From Octopus bimaculoides (lineage: Eukaryota), in NCBI RefSeq assembly GCF_001194135.2, contig NC_069008.1, forward strand, positions 1,164,276 through 1,228,275: a stretch of 64,000 nt of DNA. The letters are read 5' to 3'. Positions 1 to 14,376 of the stretch are shown piece by piece. The stretch's first letter is position 1; each line of letters opens with the position of its first letter. A model generated the notes under the pieces. The model ran no database searches. It was not told the origin of the DNA and saw only the letters and a list, made by a program, of their open reading frames with translations. The position numbers were made by a program, and so were the translations under genes.

Positions 1-924
1 CCCCACAACATCGCTTGACAACCGATGCTGGTGTGTTTACGTCCCCGTAACTTAGTGGTTCGGCAAAAAGAGACTGATAAGTACTAGGCTTACAAAGAAT
101 AAGTCCTGGGGTCGATTTGCTCAACTAAAGGCGGTGCTCCAGCATGGCCGCAGTCAAATGACTGAAACAAGTAAAAGAATAAAAGAAAGTCTATCAACGT
201 TTCTTCTAGCAAATTCTGCCAAGGTTAGTTTTTGCCTTTTATCCTTTCAGGGTCAATAAAATAAGTACCAGTCGAGTACTGGGGATTGAAGTAATTGACT
301 AGGCCCCTCCCCACAAAATTTCAGACCTTGTGGCTATGGTATAAAGAAAAAAAACAACAAAAAAACAGCAGCCACATAGATGACACTGCAAGAAAATAGA
401 TGATGGAATAAAAAAGAGGCGTGGCTGTGTGGCAAGAACTTTGCTTCCTAACCACGTGGTTCTGGGTTCAGTCCCTCTGTGTGGCACCTTGAGCAAGTGT
501 CTTCTACAAGAGCCTCAGACCAACCAAAGCCTTGTGAGTGGATTTGGTAGATGGAAACTGAAAGAAGCCCATCATATGTATGTGTATGTGTGTGTATGTG
601 TGCGTATGTGTCAGTGGTTGTCCTTCCAACATCGCTTGAAAACTAATGTTGGTGTGTTTATGTCCCCATAACTTAGCAGTTTGGTAAAAAGAAACTGATA
701 GAATAAGTACCAGTGTTAAAAACAAAAATTAGTACTGTGGGTCAATTTATTTGACTAAACATTTTCCATGGTGGTACCCCAGCATGGCCACATGACTGAA
801 ACAAGTAAAAAATACAAGACAATACTATTACATCACTAAAGTTCAAAACAAAAAAAAAACAAAGGCAAAAACAAACAAAAAAAATCCAACAATAAACGGA
901 CAAATAGTTGTCACAGTGACGTAC

Positions 925-979
925 CTCGTACACAAGTATTGGGTATTCATCTAAATCATGGCATCCACAGGCAATTTTT
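925..979 (-). CDS. AHI1: AHI1 exon ([18 protein letters not shown])
   Basis: Matches human ILAAACASRDGYPIILYE; phase 2-0. Confidence 0.9.
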
Positions 980-3899
980 CTGGAAGGAAAAAGAAAAGAA
1001 AGGCCTATGAGTAGTAATTTCTCAACAACATTCTATAATGTATTGTCTCCTACAGTTTCAATCCTTTTGTTCTTATGTTTCTGTTGCAATCTAAGGGTCA
1101 GCTGAAAAGTTCACAGACTGACTAAGATACTTTCATGGAATCTAACCAAATGAAGTTTATGGTACAGAAACAATTGTAACTAATCATTAAAGATATGTTA
1201 AAGTATTTCTTCACCTTATGATTTGGATTATATTTTACTCTTTACTAAATACATACAATAGTTTTACCGTTGTAAAACCAGGATTTTCTACCTCAGCAGG
1301 ATTTCGGTATTAGCCTGGAATCCAACAGTGTTGATAGCAGTTTTCACTTTCTTGTCACTGGAATAATGTTTGCCTCTCAAACCCTCTCTCAAACCCTCTT
1401 TCATGGGGCCGAAGAGATGATAGTCCAGTGACGAGGAAGTGAAAACTGTAGTGAAGACGTGGCTCAAAGAACAGTCAACAGAATTTTACCTGGCAGGGAT
1501 ACATGCTCTCATTCGAAGGTGGAACATTGCTATTGAGAGAGAAGGTGACTATGTTGAGAAGTAGGGATATGATCCACAGAGGACCAGCTTCATTTTGATG
1601 TATGATACATGTTCCTGTGTTGGTAATTATACGTGTCCTAAACAAAATGGCATTACTTTTTGACTCACCCTCGTACATTAAGTATATGTAGCTAATACAC
1701 CGCCGCCACTTACTAACCTTCCATCATGAGAGAATTTGATTGTATAACATCCATTCCATCCAGACTTCAAGGTCCTGAGAAGTGTATTTGGTACCCGACA
1801 TGTCTGTCCATCCAAACGGGACCACAGGGGCAGGTCTACTTTGCTCTTTCTACAACAGAAAAAAACAAACAAACAATCAAAAAAACCGTATAAATTATAT
1901 TCACAAAATATTGGTCAGCCAAGCCACAAACATGTGTATGCATATGTATGTATGTATGTATATGAGCCAAATGCTTACAGCACATAAAATGTTCAGAGGT
2001 AAAATCTTATAAGTATACATATATGTGTGTAGTATGTTCTGGCATCAGTTGTGGAAATGAATACAGTTTACGAATAAAAACTATCAATATAGAGAATATT
2101 TTACATTATTTACATTCGAAGGATATTTGTCCTCATCTTGTTTGTTGTTAACACAACATTTCGGCTGATATACCCTCCAGTCTTCATCAGGTGTCTTGGG
2201 GAAATTTCGAACCTGGGTTCTCATTCCTAAGGTATCTTTCGATGTTATTATTATTATTATTATCATTAGGTATATGGTGTAGTGATTAAGAGCGTGGGCT
2301 TATAACCCCAAGATTCCGAGTTCGATTCCAGGCAGTGACCAGGATGATGATGATGATGATAAGAAGAAGAAGAACAACAACAACATTGAAAAATACCTTA
2401 GGAATGAGAACCTTGGTTTGAAATTTCCCCAAGACACCTGATGAAGGTGTTTGGAGTGATCACTAGTGATTTGACGCTATGCTTTCATTCATCTTCCCAC
2501 ACGGCCTCAGATTCAACATGGAGGCCTACATCAAGTGCCTGGAGGAGGTAGTGCTGCCCTGGGTCAAGAGGGTGGCTGCTAGAAGACCCTGTGTCTGGCA
2601 ACAAGACTCTGGACCATGCCACACAAGCAGGAGAATCCAGTCATGGCTGTCAGACAATTTATGCGACCACATCACCCCTAACATCTGGCCACCTAACTCC
2701 CCAGGTTCTAACCCTGCCTAATTTTTTATGTGTGGGGCGTAGTTGAGCAAGAGACCAACAAAACTCCTTCTAACACCAAAGATGAACTGAAGGCAAGGAT
2801 TATGGCAGCATTGCCCAATGTAAACAAGGAGACCATCCAGAAGAGTTGCAGGAGATTCCAAAGTCGTCTGGAGGCCATGGTTGGAGCCAATGGCGATTTT
2901 ATTGAAAAAATTTATTCTTTAGTATTTCCAGATATTTTTATGCAATTTTGGTAAACATATTTGTTAGAATGAGATGTCAGTCTTATTTTCATTTTTGCAT
3001 AATTTAGATGGGAATATATTCATCGCACCCTGTATATATGTGTGTGTATTCGTAAATAAATAAATAAATAAATAGGTATATTTCGTTTTGGGATTTGGTT
3101 TGCAAGATTTTTTATGTGATTTCATGTGTTGAAGCATATTCTGTTGTGTCTGGGGAGAGTCATTTTCTTATTATTTTCTGTTAAATTTTAAGGCACAATG
3201 AGAAAACGACTCTCCCCAGACACAACTAAATAGGTATATATATAAATATATATATGATGCAATTTCTAACAAGAAGAATGATTATGTAGAGGCTTCCTTG
3301 ATTCAATTGGTTTCCTCTTTTGTTTTAATAAGATCTGCTGATTGATTGGTTTCACTCACTTAGTCTCAATGATTGCTTCAAGCCTGTCACGGTTGAGTCC
3401 AGGAGTTGAAATACCTTTTTCCTTGAAAACAAAAAGAGACAAGAAAGAAATTATATCTTTGTGTGTGTATACAGGCATACAAATATAAACACATACACAC
3501 ACATNNNNNNNNNNNNNNNNNNNNNNNNNNNNNNNNNNNNNNNNNNNNNNNNNNNNNNNNNNNNNNNNNNNNNNNNNNNNNNNNNNNNNNNNNNNNNNNN
3601 NNNNNNNNNNNNNNNNNNNNNNNNNNNNNNNNNNNNNNNNNNNNNNNNNNNNNNNNNNNNNNNNNNNNNNNNNNNNNNNNNNNNNNNNNNNNNNNNNNNN
3701 NNNNNNAAGAAAACGAAGAACAAATGCAACAAGAAAAAAACAACAACATGACGGCGTGGTACATGCAAAGTATTAGCAGACGCTCAGGGAAAGAAAGAAA
3801 AGTAGTTTAACATTTCGAGCAAAGCTCTTCATCAGAAACAGGAGATGGAGGAAAGACCAAGAGAAAAATAAGACGGAGATATACATATATCTATATATA

Positions 3900-3951
<52 letters not shown>

Positions 3952-6900
3952 TACATATACATAGATACATATAAATATTTATATATATTGATACATGTAT
4001 ACAGGTGGTCCAACCCATGCCAGCATGGAAAATAACCTTTAAACAATGATGATGATGATGATGATGACATATACAGAAATAAGCTGTACTGGAAGACACA
4101 AAGTCAACAATTCTGAGACAAGGTCAGACAATACTAGCAAACTTGGCATGTGACTGGTACTATATTTCATTGACTCTAAAAGGATGAAAGGGAGAGATGA
4201 CTCAGGTGAGATTTGAGCTCAGAACGTGAAGAGTCATCCCTTTTTATTCTCCTCTATGGAACAGAAACATGGCTCCCCTTGAAGACCCTGGCAAAGAGGA
4301 TCAACAACTTCAATAGTAGAGCCCTGAGAAGCTTCATGAAAATCAGATGGTCTCATCACGTTTTTAACAAGGTACAGCATCTGTGCACACATCAGTCTGC
4401 AGCCTCCCACCTCATAACAACCCATGTGTTGATATGGACATGTCAACTATCTTGATCATTCTATCAAGGCTTTACTCTCATTTGATACAGCAGTTGCAAG
4501 ATGAAAAAGACCTTGTGACAGGCTTCGAACAGTTGATGGCTGAATGTGATTGGGGAAGATCTCCAGAGGCTCAACATCACCTTGGCAGGTGCAGAGGGGC
4601 TGGCACGGGACCACCAGCAATAGAGAGCACTGGAAGACCTGGTTGGCTCTGTGCATGATGACATCTCTGGGACCTCTAACCTGGGATGACCCAAACCTGA
4701 TCAAGAAAGAGCATGAAGCAAGCAAACAAGCAAACAAACAAACAAACAAGCATGTAAAGATTCGGAACAAATACTGTTCCAGTTCTGCCAATCCATTGCA
4801 TTAACACTAATAATTACAATAATATGTACATACCTCTTGTGTAGCAAACATAGATCGAAGAGAGGGTTCCACATTGCTTGGCAGTGAGGTCTTCTTGATG
4901 GTCACATAGAGAGTGGACGGATATTTAACACGCTGTTCATTCTTCCACCAGATGTACACCTGTAATATTGGTTAACACATTTTAAATTACAAAAATGTGT
5001 GTGTGTGTGTGTGTGTGTCTCATTGTCATCATCAACTTTTGTCTCATTGTCATCATCAACCTGTCTTCTTTGACTCATAGTTTATATTTAGGTTTAGTAC
5101 TGATCAGGCGACATTTCCATTGTGACCTAAATAATTATCTACTAAATAGCTTGATTCTACATACCTCCTCTGTCTATTTGAATTGGTCAATAATAGTTCA
5201 AATAGGGTTGGAACTTTTGCCATAAACAGTCTTCAAGTTAACGGCTGGGATTTAGGAAAACTAAGTACATCTGGATTCTTGTTTTATGCTCTTGTTTGTT
5301 GGGGTTGAAGTCACTCCAGATTAGTGGTCCCAGATGCATCATTGTATGTAAAACTGGCCAGGTTCACCAATGCTCCCTATCACTGGTGGTCCTGTTCCAG
5401 CTCCTCTGCATCTTCCAAGGTGACGTTGAGCTTCTGGAGATCTTCCCCAATAACATCCAGCCATCTGGTGCGAGGCCTGCCATTGGGCCTCTTCCAGCCC
5501 GCAGTTGCTGTATCAAATGAAAGCGAGTCTCTGATAGGAAGATCTGGCAAGAGGCAGAGGACATGTCTGCACTGGTGCATGCAGCAGAGAGCTAGGAGGT
5601 GAGAGGTGACAACAAGCTGATGTGTGCATGCTTGCAGTTCTTCGTTGGAAATGTAATGGTACCGTCTGATATTCTTGATGGTTCACAAGGCTTTGCTACA
5701 GAAGCTGTTGATTCTCTTTGCCAGAGTCTTCAGGAGGATCCCTATTTCTGGCATGGCCTGATAAATACAATTCCTAAATAAAGCTGCTGAAATACTTCCC
5801 TTATTACCTCACTTATCATTTCTACAGGTCAAATGTTACTACATATCTCGTTTAAATTGCTTCCTATTTCAAGCAGTGGAATAAGAACTCAGAAAATAAA
5901 GACAGACAAAATGCTTAGCAGTATTTTTTCTGGAATGCTAACAATTCTATCAAGCTTACTCACTGTTTATCTTGATATGAGGTCGCCATGGTACACACAT
6001 ATGGTTGTGATGCATGTGCCTGGTGCACACTTATTAGGCAGGTAGTCATTATGAGTATATTGGGCTTCGTATATTTGTACCCCAGTGTCACTTTGATGGT
6101 ATATGCTACACCCTTGCTCAATAATAATAAGATAATAATAATAACAATAATAATAATGATGATAATAATAATAATGATAATAATAAAAATATTAATAATT
6201 CTAGAAAGAAACCCAATCCTTGAACTCTGACCTCTGGTGTGTGAGTTGTGACTTGTGACACACTGGACTGGCATGGTTGGAACAACTGTAGACGGACTTT
6301 GGTGTCCGTGTTGGCCTTTTGGTTGGCACCGATTACCTAGAGAAAATATGGTAGCGTAAGTATGGTAGATTTATATTACACACACACACAAACACCATCA
6401 TCATCATCAGCAGTTAACATCTGATTCCCATGGGTTGGGCAGTTTAGTGGCTTGTTGGCTCTTGTCAAACCATCCAACCCATGACAGCATGGAAAAATAC
6501 ATTATATAATTACAATGATTGTATAGATATATATGTATTTACATATATATATATCATCATCGTCATTTAACGTCCATCTTCCATGCTGGCATGGGTGGAT
6601 ATGTGTGTGTGTGTGTGTGTATGATGAAGGTGCATGACTCAGTGGTTACAGCATCGGGCTCACAATCATGAGGTTGTGAGTTCGATTCCCAGACCAGGCT
6701 GTGTGTTGTGTTCTTGAGCAAGACACTTTATTTCACATTGCTCCACTTCACTCAGCTATAGAAATGAGTTGTAATGTCACAGGTGCCAAGCTGTACCAGT
6801 TTTTGCCTTTCCCTTGGATAACACCATTAGCATGGAGAGGGAAGGCCGGTATGCATGGGCGACTATTAGTCTTCNNNNNNNNNNNNNNNNNNNNNNNNNN

Positions 6901-7654
6901 NNNNNNNNNNNNNNNNNNNNNNNNNNNNNNNNNNNNNNNNNNNNNNNNNNNNNNNNNNNNNNNNNNNNNNNNNNNNNNNNNNNNNNNNNNNNNNNNNNNN
7001 NNNNNNNNNNNNNNNNNNNNNNNNNNNNNNNNNNNNNNNNNNNNNNNNNNNNNNNNNNNNNNNNNNNNNNNNNNNNNNNNNNNNNNNNNNNNNNNNNNNN
7101 NNNNNNNNNNNNNNNNNNNNNNNNNNNNNNNNNNNNNNNNNNNNNNNNNNNNNNNNNNNNNNNNNNNNNNNNNNNNNNNNNNNNNNNNNNNNNNNNNNNN
7201 NNNNNNNNNNNNNNNNNNNNNNNNNNNNNNNNNNNNNNNNNNNNNNNNNNNNNNNNNNNNNNNNNNNNNNNNNNNNNNNNNNNNNNNNNNNNNNNNNNNN
7301 NNNNNNNNNNNNNNNNNNNNNNNNNNNNNNNNNNNNNNNNNNNNNNNNNNNNNNNNNNNNNNNNNNNNNNNNNNNNNNNNNNNNNNNNNNNNNNNNNNNN
7401 NNNNNNNNNNNNNNNNNNNNNNNNNNNNNNNNNNNNNNNNNNNNNNNNNNNNNNNNNNNNNNNNNNNNNNNNNNNNNNNNNNNNNNNNNNNNNNNNNNNN
7501 NNNNNNNNNNNNNNNNNNNNNNNNNNNNNNNNNNNNNNNNNNNNNNNNNNNNNNNNNNNNNNNNNNNNNNNNNNNNNNNNNNNNNNNNNNNNNNNNNNNN
7601 NNNNNNNNNNNNNNNNNNNNNNNNNNNNNNNNNNNNNNNNNNNNNNNNNNNNNN

Positions 7655-7695
<41 letters not shown>

Positions 7696-9502
7696 TATAC
7701 ATACATACATGCATATGCACACTTGCACATGCATACACACAGAGAATCATATATAATTTACCTTTAGGAAAGCCCAAGCAATCTTATACCATCCTCCTTC
7801 ATGTGGGGGCTGCCTCTGATACCGATAACTGGTTGAATTCATGGAGACAAAATCAACAATCTACAAAGATAGAAAATGAGAAATCGGATGATATATATGT
7901 ATAAATTTATGTCTATACACACACACATATATATATAGATAGATATATACATACATGCATATAAGAAGGTAGTAATGCAAACAAACACAATTAGGCTTGA
8001 TACAAACACACATATCATCATCATCGTTTAACGTCCGCTTTCCATGCTGACATGGGTTGGACTATATATTCAGAAAGAAAAACAGATATATATATATACG
8101 TGAGTGTGTGTGTTTGTGTGTGTATATGTAAATATATATATACAGTATATTTACATTGAGCAATAAAAAACCCAGAATTACATAATTTCTTAACTCAACA
8201 GCTGTTTCAGGCAGCTCTGAATTACATATTAAGGGTGACACATGCAAACATATACTACTATACACATGAATGTGTGTCTTGGCATCAGGAAGGCCTTCCA
8301 GCCAAAGAAACCATGTCACAACAGACAATTGAAGCCTGGACAACTCCCCGGCTGGCCAGCTCCATGTTAAACCGTCCAAGCCATGAGGAAATTAAACGAT
8401 GATGATGATGATGGTGGTGGTGGTGCCCCAGCATGACCACAGCTAATGAACTGAAACAAGTAAAAGATAAAGATATATGTGATCATAGGACAAAAGTATC
8501 AGTCATTGTGATATATTGATTTTTCCAAACATTGTCTGTCCGTCCGTCCGTCTGTCTGTCTCTGAAGATGGGATTTAGTGGAGTCATGGTTCAAGAAACC
8601 TCATGGCTCAATGGAAGAAAAGATGGCTGCAGCAACACATTGTGGAGTGCAGAGAGCAAGATGAAGCAAGCAAATCCTTTTGGTCATCCACAGCATCTGT
8701 TTCTGTCCCCATTGTTTTTTTACCTGGTCTTGCCATAATATTGAGTATGGTGGCAGATGAGAGAACAAGGTTGAAGGAGCACACATTTTTCTTCACTTTA
8801 AACAAATCCACTGCAGAAGTAATCAGCCATCCTTCACCCAGGATGACGAGATGGTCATCATCATTCCAACAGATGAATATGCATGCGTGTATGTACACAA
8901 GTGTTATTTCTTTACTACCCACAAGGGGCTACACACAGAGGGGACAAACAAAGACAGACAAACGGATTCAAGTCGATTATATCGACCCCAGTGCGTAACT
9001 GGTACTTATTTAATCGACCCCGAAAGGATGAAAGGCAAAGTCGACCTCGGCGGAATTTGAACTCAGAACGTACCGGCAGACGAAATACCACTAAGCATTT
9101 CGCCCGGCGTGCTAACGTTNNNNNNNNNNTAAGCATTTCGCCCGGCGTGCTAACGTTTCTGCCAGCTCACCGCCTTTATGTGTATGTACACAAGTGTACA
9201 TATCTTTATCTCTGTACCATTACACTAGACTCATGGTCACAGGACACAAAACAGACAAAGAAAGATTGAGGTTGTCTCAACAAAGACCACCTCTAACATA
9301 ACACTGAATAGACCAGGGCTAACTGAACACTGAATAGACAAGGGTTAAGCTAAGTGATAAACAGAGCAGGCCATTGTCTTACCTCAAAGAACAGAATCAC
9401 TTTCGGATCTGACTGGACAAAGTAATTGTAATTTTCATTGAACAATAATAATTCTTCCCAAACAGGCAGAGTGGATCTGAAAACAGAGAACAGATTAGGA
9501 CA

Positions 9503-9561
<59 letters not shown>

Positions 9562-12500
9562 TGTGAGTGTGTGTGTGTGTNNNNNNNNNNNNNNNNNNNN
9601 NNNNNNNNNNNNNNNNNNNNNNNNNNNNNNNNNNNNNNNNNNNNNNNNNNNNNNNNNNNNNNNNNNNNNNNNNNNNNNNNNNNNNNNNNNNNNNNNNNNN
9701 NNNNNNNNNNNNNNNNNNNNNNNNNNNNNNNNNNNNNNNNNNNNNNNNNNNNNNNNNNNNNNNNNNNNNNNNNNNNNNNNNNNNNNNNNNNNNNNNNNNN
9801 NNNNNNNNNNNNNNNNNNNNNNNNNNNNNNNNNNNNNNNNNNNNNNNNNNNNNNNNNNNNNNNNNNNNNNNNNNNNNNNNNNNNNNNNNNNNNNNNNNNN
9901 NNNNNNNNNNNNNNNNNNNNNNNNNNNNNNNNNNNNNNNNNNNNNNNNNNNNNCCCTTCCTAATGCCAACCACTCCGAGAGTGTAGTGCGTGCTTTTACA
10001 TGCCAGTCACATGGTACTGGCAACGGCCACGCTCAAAATGTTGTTTTTTACGTGCCACCTGCACAGGAGCCAGTCCAGCGGCACTGGTAACGACCTTGCT
10101 TGAATGATTTTCTAAACGTGCCACTGGCACAAGTGCCAGTAAGGCGACGCTAGTAACGATCACGCTCAAATGGTGCTATTTACAGGCCACTAGCACAGAA
10201 GCCAGACAGCTGCTCTGGCAATGATCACGCTGGGTTTCTTCTTATTATTTACTAAGACATAAAGAAAACATGGTTTTATTATAATTAAAACAATAAATTT
10301 GAAAAAAAAATACATTTACAATGCTAAGTATATACAAAAGAATTTATGAAAAAAATTTAGAAATTGAAAAGTAAACTAAAAAAGTAACCTAAAGTAATCT
10401 TTCTTAAAATTTGTAGGTGACATGCTAGAATCTAACACCAGAAAGCAGAATAGAATGAGAAAAACAATTTGTTGTGGGAGAATACCTGGACTGTTTGAGA
10501 AGATACTGGCCAGTATTTTCATTGACCACATGAACACGGACCAGGGGATGGATAATACTGAAATCATTCTTTAGTTTGTCTGTCCGATGGATCACCACTG
10601 CCAGGACACTGCCTTCGTCCTTGATGGCTGACACAGGTTCTCCTGTGGCTTCTCCCTCCTCAGTTTTAGCCTTGGAAGTCGCGAGTTTTGCTGAAACATA
10701 AGGAAGAGCAATATTGAGGTATATAGAGGAGGATTTGAAGAATAGTAGAATGAGAGATTTAAAGAATAGTAGAATGAGAGATTTGAAGAATAGTGGAATG
10801 GAATCTGGATACATTGTAGAATAGGGGTTTGGGAGAGCACGAAAATGGAAGATTTGCAGAATGGAAATTTTGTGGAATGAAAGAATTGTATTGTAAAATG
10901 GTAGATTTGAGGAATAGAGGAATGGAAGTGTAAAACGGTAATTTTGGAAACTACAAGAATGAAATTTTTAATAGTAGTTTTGAGGAATAGAGGAATGGAA
11001 GTATTGAAGAAAGAAAGGGAGTGCAGAATATTAGAATGATAATTTTAAAGAACACAGGAATTAAAAATTTGTAGAATGGAAAGTTTGAAGAATGAAGGAA
11101 TGAAAGTTTTTGTAGAATGGAAGCTTTGAGAAATTGAGGAACAGAAGAATGGAATGGAATGAGATTAAGCAGACAGTTCAAAAGCATGGGGGTGGGGGTG
11201 GGGGGCGGATTGGTCAAATAAAGTAATTTCTCCCAAAAATTCTTTCAAGGCCATGTGGTTAACAGAAAAAAAGAGATTAAACTTTATTGCACAAGTGAAC
11301 TAAGGAGTTAAAAAATATTGTTGAAAAGATGCCAATTTTGAAAAATGTGCAGGGGAAGGTGGAGGGGGGCAGCTGTACCCCATACATCCTTATTAGCTAC
11401 ACCATTGCCACTTTGATATGCTGAAAGTCAAGCATCAACTTTAGCAGGACTTGAACTCAGAACTCAAAGAGCAATACTTGGGCACTATTAGTATTAGTAA
11501 GTTTACCTTTTTTCTTTTTTCCCTTCTTTGGTGAAAGTGCTTCTTTCAAAATGTTTTTTTTAGGACGCTGGTCACCATCCTTATCACCATCATTGTGGTC
11601 GTCTACCTTAGCATCTTTTTGAAGTCGATCTTCGTCAGTATTAACAGCATCATTGCCATCATCACCAAAACCCTTTACCTGAAATTAGAAAGGAAAAAAA
11701 AATAATTTAAAAACAAAAAAAAAACAAATTACCTTCACCATCCATAAATGGTGAAATGGTAGATGTTAGAACATCAGATGAAATGCTTTGTGGTATTTGT
11801 TCTAGTTACTTGCATTCAAAGTTCAAATCCCTCCATGGTCACCACTGCCTTTTGGTCCTCATCATCATCATCATCATTTAACGTCCGCTTTCCATGCTAG
11901 CATGGGTTGGATGATTTGACTGAGGACTGGTGAAACCAGATGGCTACACCATGCTCCAATCTGATCTGGCAGAGTTTCTACAGCTGGATGCCCTTCCTAA
12001 CGCCAACCACTCAGAGAGTGTAGTGGGTGCTTTTACGTGCCACCGGCACAAAGGCCAGTCAGGCGGTACTGGCAACGGCCATGCTCGAAATGGTGTATTT
12101 TACATGCCACCTGCACAGGAGCTAGTCCATCGGCACTGGCAACGATCTCACTTACGACATTGAGGGTTCCAGTTGATCCGATCAATGGAACAGCCGGCTC
12201 GTGAAATTAATGCGCAAGTGGCTGAGCACTCCACAGACACGTGTACCCTTAACGTAGTTCTCGGGGATATTCAGCATGACACAGTGTGACAAGGCTGACC
12301 CTTTGAATTACAGGTACAACAAAAACAGGAAGTAAGAGTGAGAGAAAGTTGTGGTGAAAGAGTACGGCAGGGTTCGCCACCATCCCCTGCCAGAGCCTCG
12401 TGGAGCTTTAGGTGTTTTTCGCTCAATAAACACTCACAACGCCCAGTCTGGGAATCGAAACCGCGATCCTATGACCGCAAGTCCGCTGCCCTAACCACTG

Positions 12501-13465
12501 GGCCATTGCGTCTCCACGCTCCCACAGTATTCAGTATTTTAATCATACATTCTCATTTAGTGGTATATAAAGACTACCTTTCAAAATTAATATTGCTTCC
12601 ATCACTAATATTTCTTTTTGAAAAGGAAAATGTTTCTCTGGGACTACAAACCTTAGTAGAGATGTCTTTAGAGCCCGTTATACCACCAGCGCTTAATTTC
12701 ACAGGTTTGGTCTTTTTGGCAACTTTCTTCTTTCCTTTGGCAGCCACAACAGCAGATTGTCTGTGGAGAGGACAGAGAAAATAGTCAATGATCAAAGAGG
12801 GACTAATGATTGATGGTTGATGACTGATGATCCATGATTCACAATTGATGATTCGTGATTGTCAATTCATGATTGATGATTCAGTTGATGAGTCCTGCAC
12901 CCTGGTTTATGATTCATCATTGACGATTAATGATTGGCAACTTGTGGTTGATGACTAATGATTGACACTGTATTATAACTGTTCTATACCTTGACCATCA
13001 ACATTAGTTTCAGTATAGATTTTTGGTATTGGTTTTGGTTCTTGGAGTGATTTCATTGACCCATCACCCCCTTCCATCCCCACACCAAACCTGTACATGT
13101 TGACATAGTTTTTCTGCCATTATCACGGCCAGCATCACCCAGAGCATCTTCATCATCATATAAATTCCTGATGTTGAAGAAGATGATGATTATGATAACA
13201 ACAATGGTAACGATGATTGATGATGATGATGATGATGATGATGATAACGATAATGATGATGACAATGATGATGATGACATTGATGATGATGGTGGTGGTG
13301 GTGGTGGTGATGATGATGATGATATCAGCCCTGACAAAGTATAATCGTGACCAGTTGCTTTCCAGCCATAACCACAAATTGTTCCTGTAGTAGTAGTAGT
13401 AGTAGTAATAGTGTCTGTGAAGATGGTAGCTGTGGTGGTGATAGTGGTGGTGATGGTAGTGGTGT

Positions 13466-13496
<31 letters not shown>

Positions 13497-14341
13497 GGCG
13501 GTGGTGGTGGTGGTAGTAGTAGTAGTGGGGGCGGTAGAGTAGCAGTGGTGGTGGTGGTGGTGGAGGTTGTAGGCTGCGGTAAAGGCAGTGCCTATGGTGA
13601 TAATAGTAATAGTAGTAGTTAGTGGTGGCAGTGGTGGTAACAGCAGCAGTAGTGGTAGCAGTGGTAGTGAGGGTGGTGATGATAATAATGGTGGTGGTAG
13701 TAGTGGTGATGAGGGCTACGATAGCTGTAGCAATAGCAGTGGTAACCATAACCATAGTAGTAGTAGTAGAAAGCCAATCAAGACACACCTGTCATCGTCC
13801 AGTGCCAGTTCTGACTCCAGTGGAATGTTCCTCTGCTTGGATTTCCTTGGAGATTCCCTTGTGGCGCCTAACAGTGAAATTGAATAAAATAAGACATTCT
13901 TCTCGTTACACACACACAACACAACACAACACAACACAAAAACATACATACCATATATATACATACATACCATATATATACATACATACACACACACACT
14001 CCACACACTAACACAGACATATACACACCACACATACCATGTACATACACACTATATACACACACCACATACAACTATCAAGACAAGGAACCCCTCCCCC
14101 CACAAATTTATATATATATATATAAAAACGATGATGATGATGATGATGATGATATATATATTGGCACAGACATGTAAAATAATTTATTATACACAAGGAT
14201 TATTATTAGAATGATGAAGGCTGTGAAACAGCTGTAATCCAACAGATATCAAGTAGTTAAATAAGTATATTCACCTCTCATACGTCCTGACGTTTTACAC
14301 ACACACACACATACATATTATACACACATATATATATATAC

Positions 14342-14376
<35 letters not shown>

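Noticed and set aside
6701-7777. Long ORFs in the track here and at 9350-10090, 30431-31413, 41949-42511, 49787-50872 and 51910-52747
   Set aside because: They are open only because they run through N gaps and dinucleotide repeats
8603-8998. 131-aa plus-strand and 104-aa minus-strand ORFs in an AHI1 intron
   Set aside because: No splice chain or recognisable motif; runs into a SINE; at most a decayed LINE piece
10386-10432. Possible small AHI1 exon ([14 protein letters not shown])
   Set aside because: It would need an intron of about 53 nt and does not resemble the missing conserved segment
13156-14074. Poly-T/Y/H/S/G/V ORFs here and at 36402-36680 and 18784-19339
   Set aside because: Translations of microsatellite arrays inside introns on either strand
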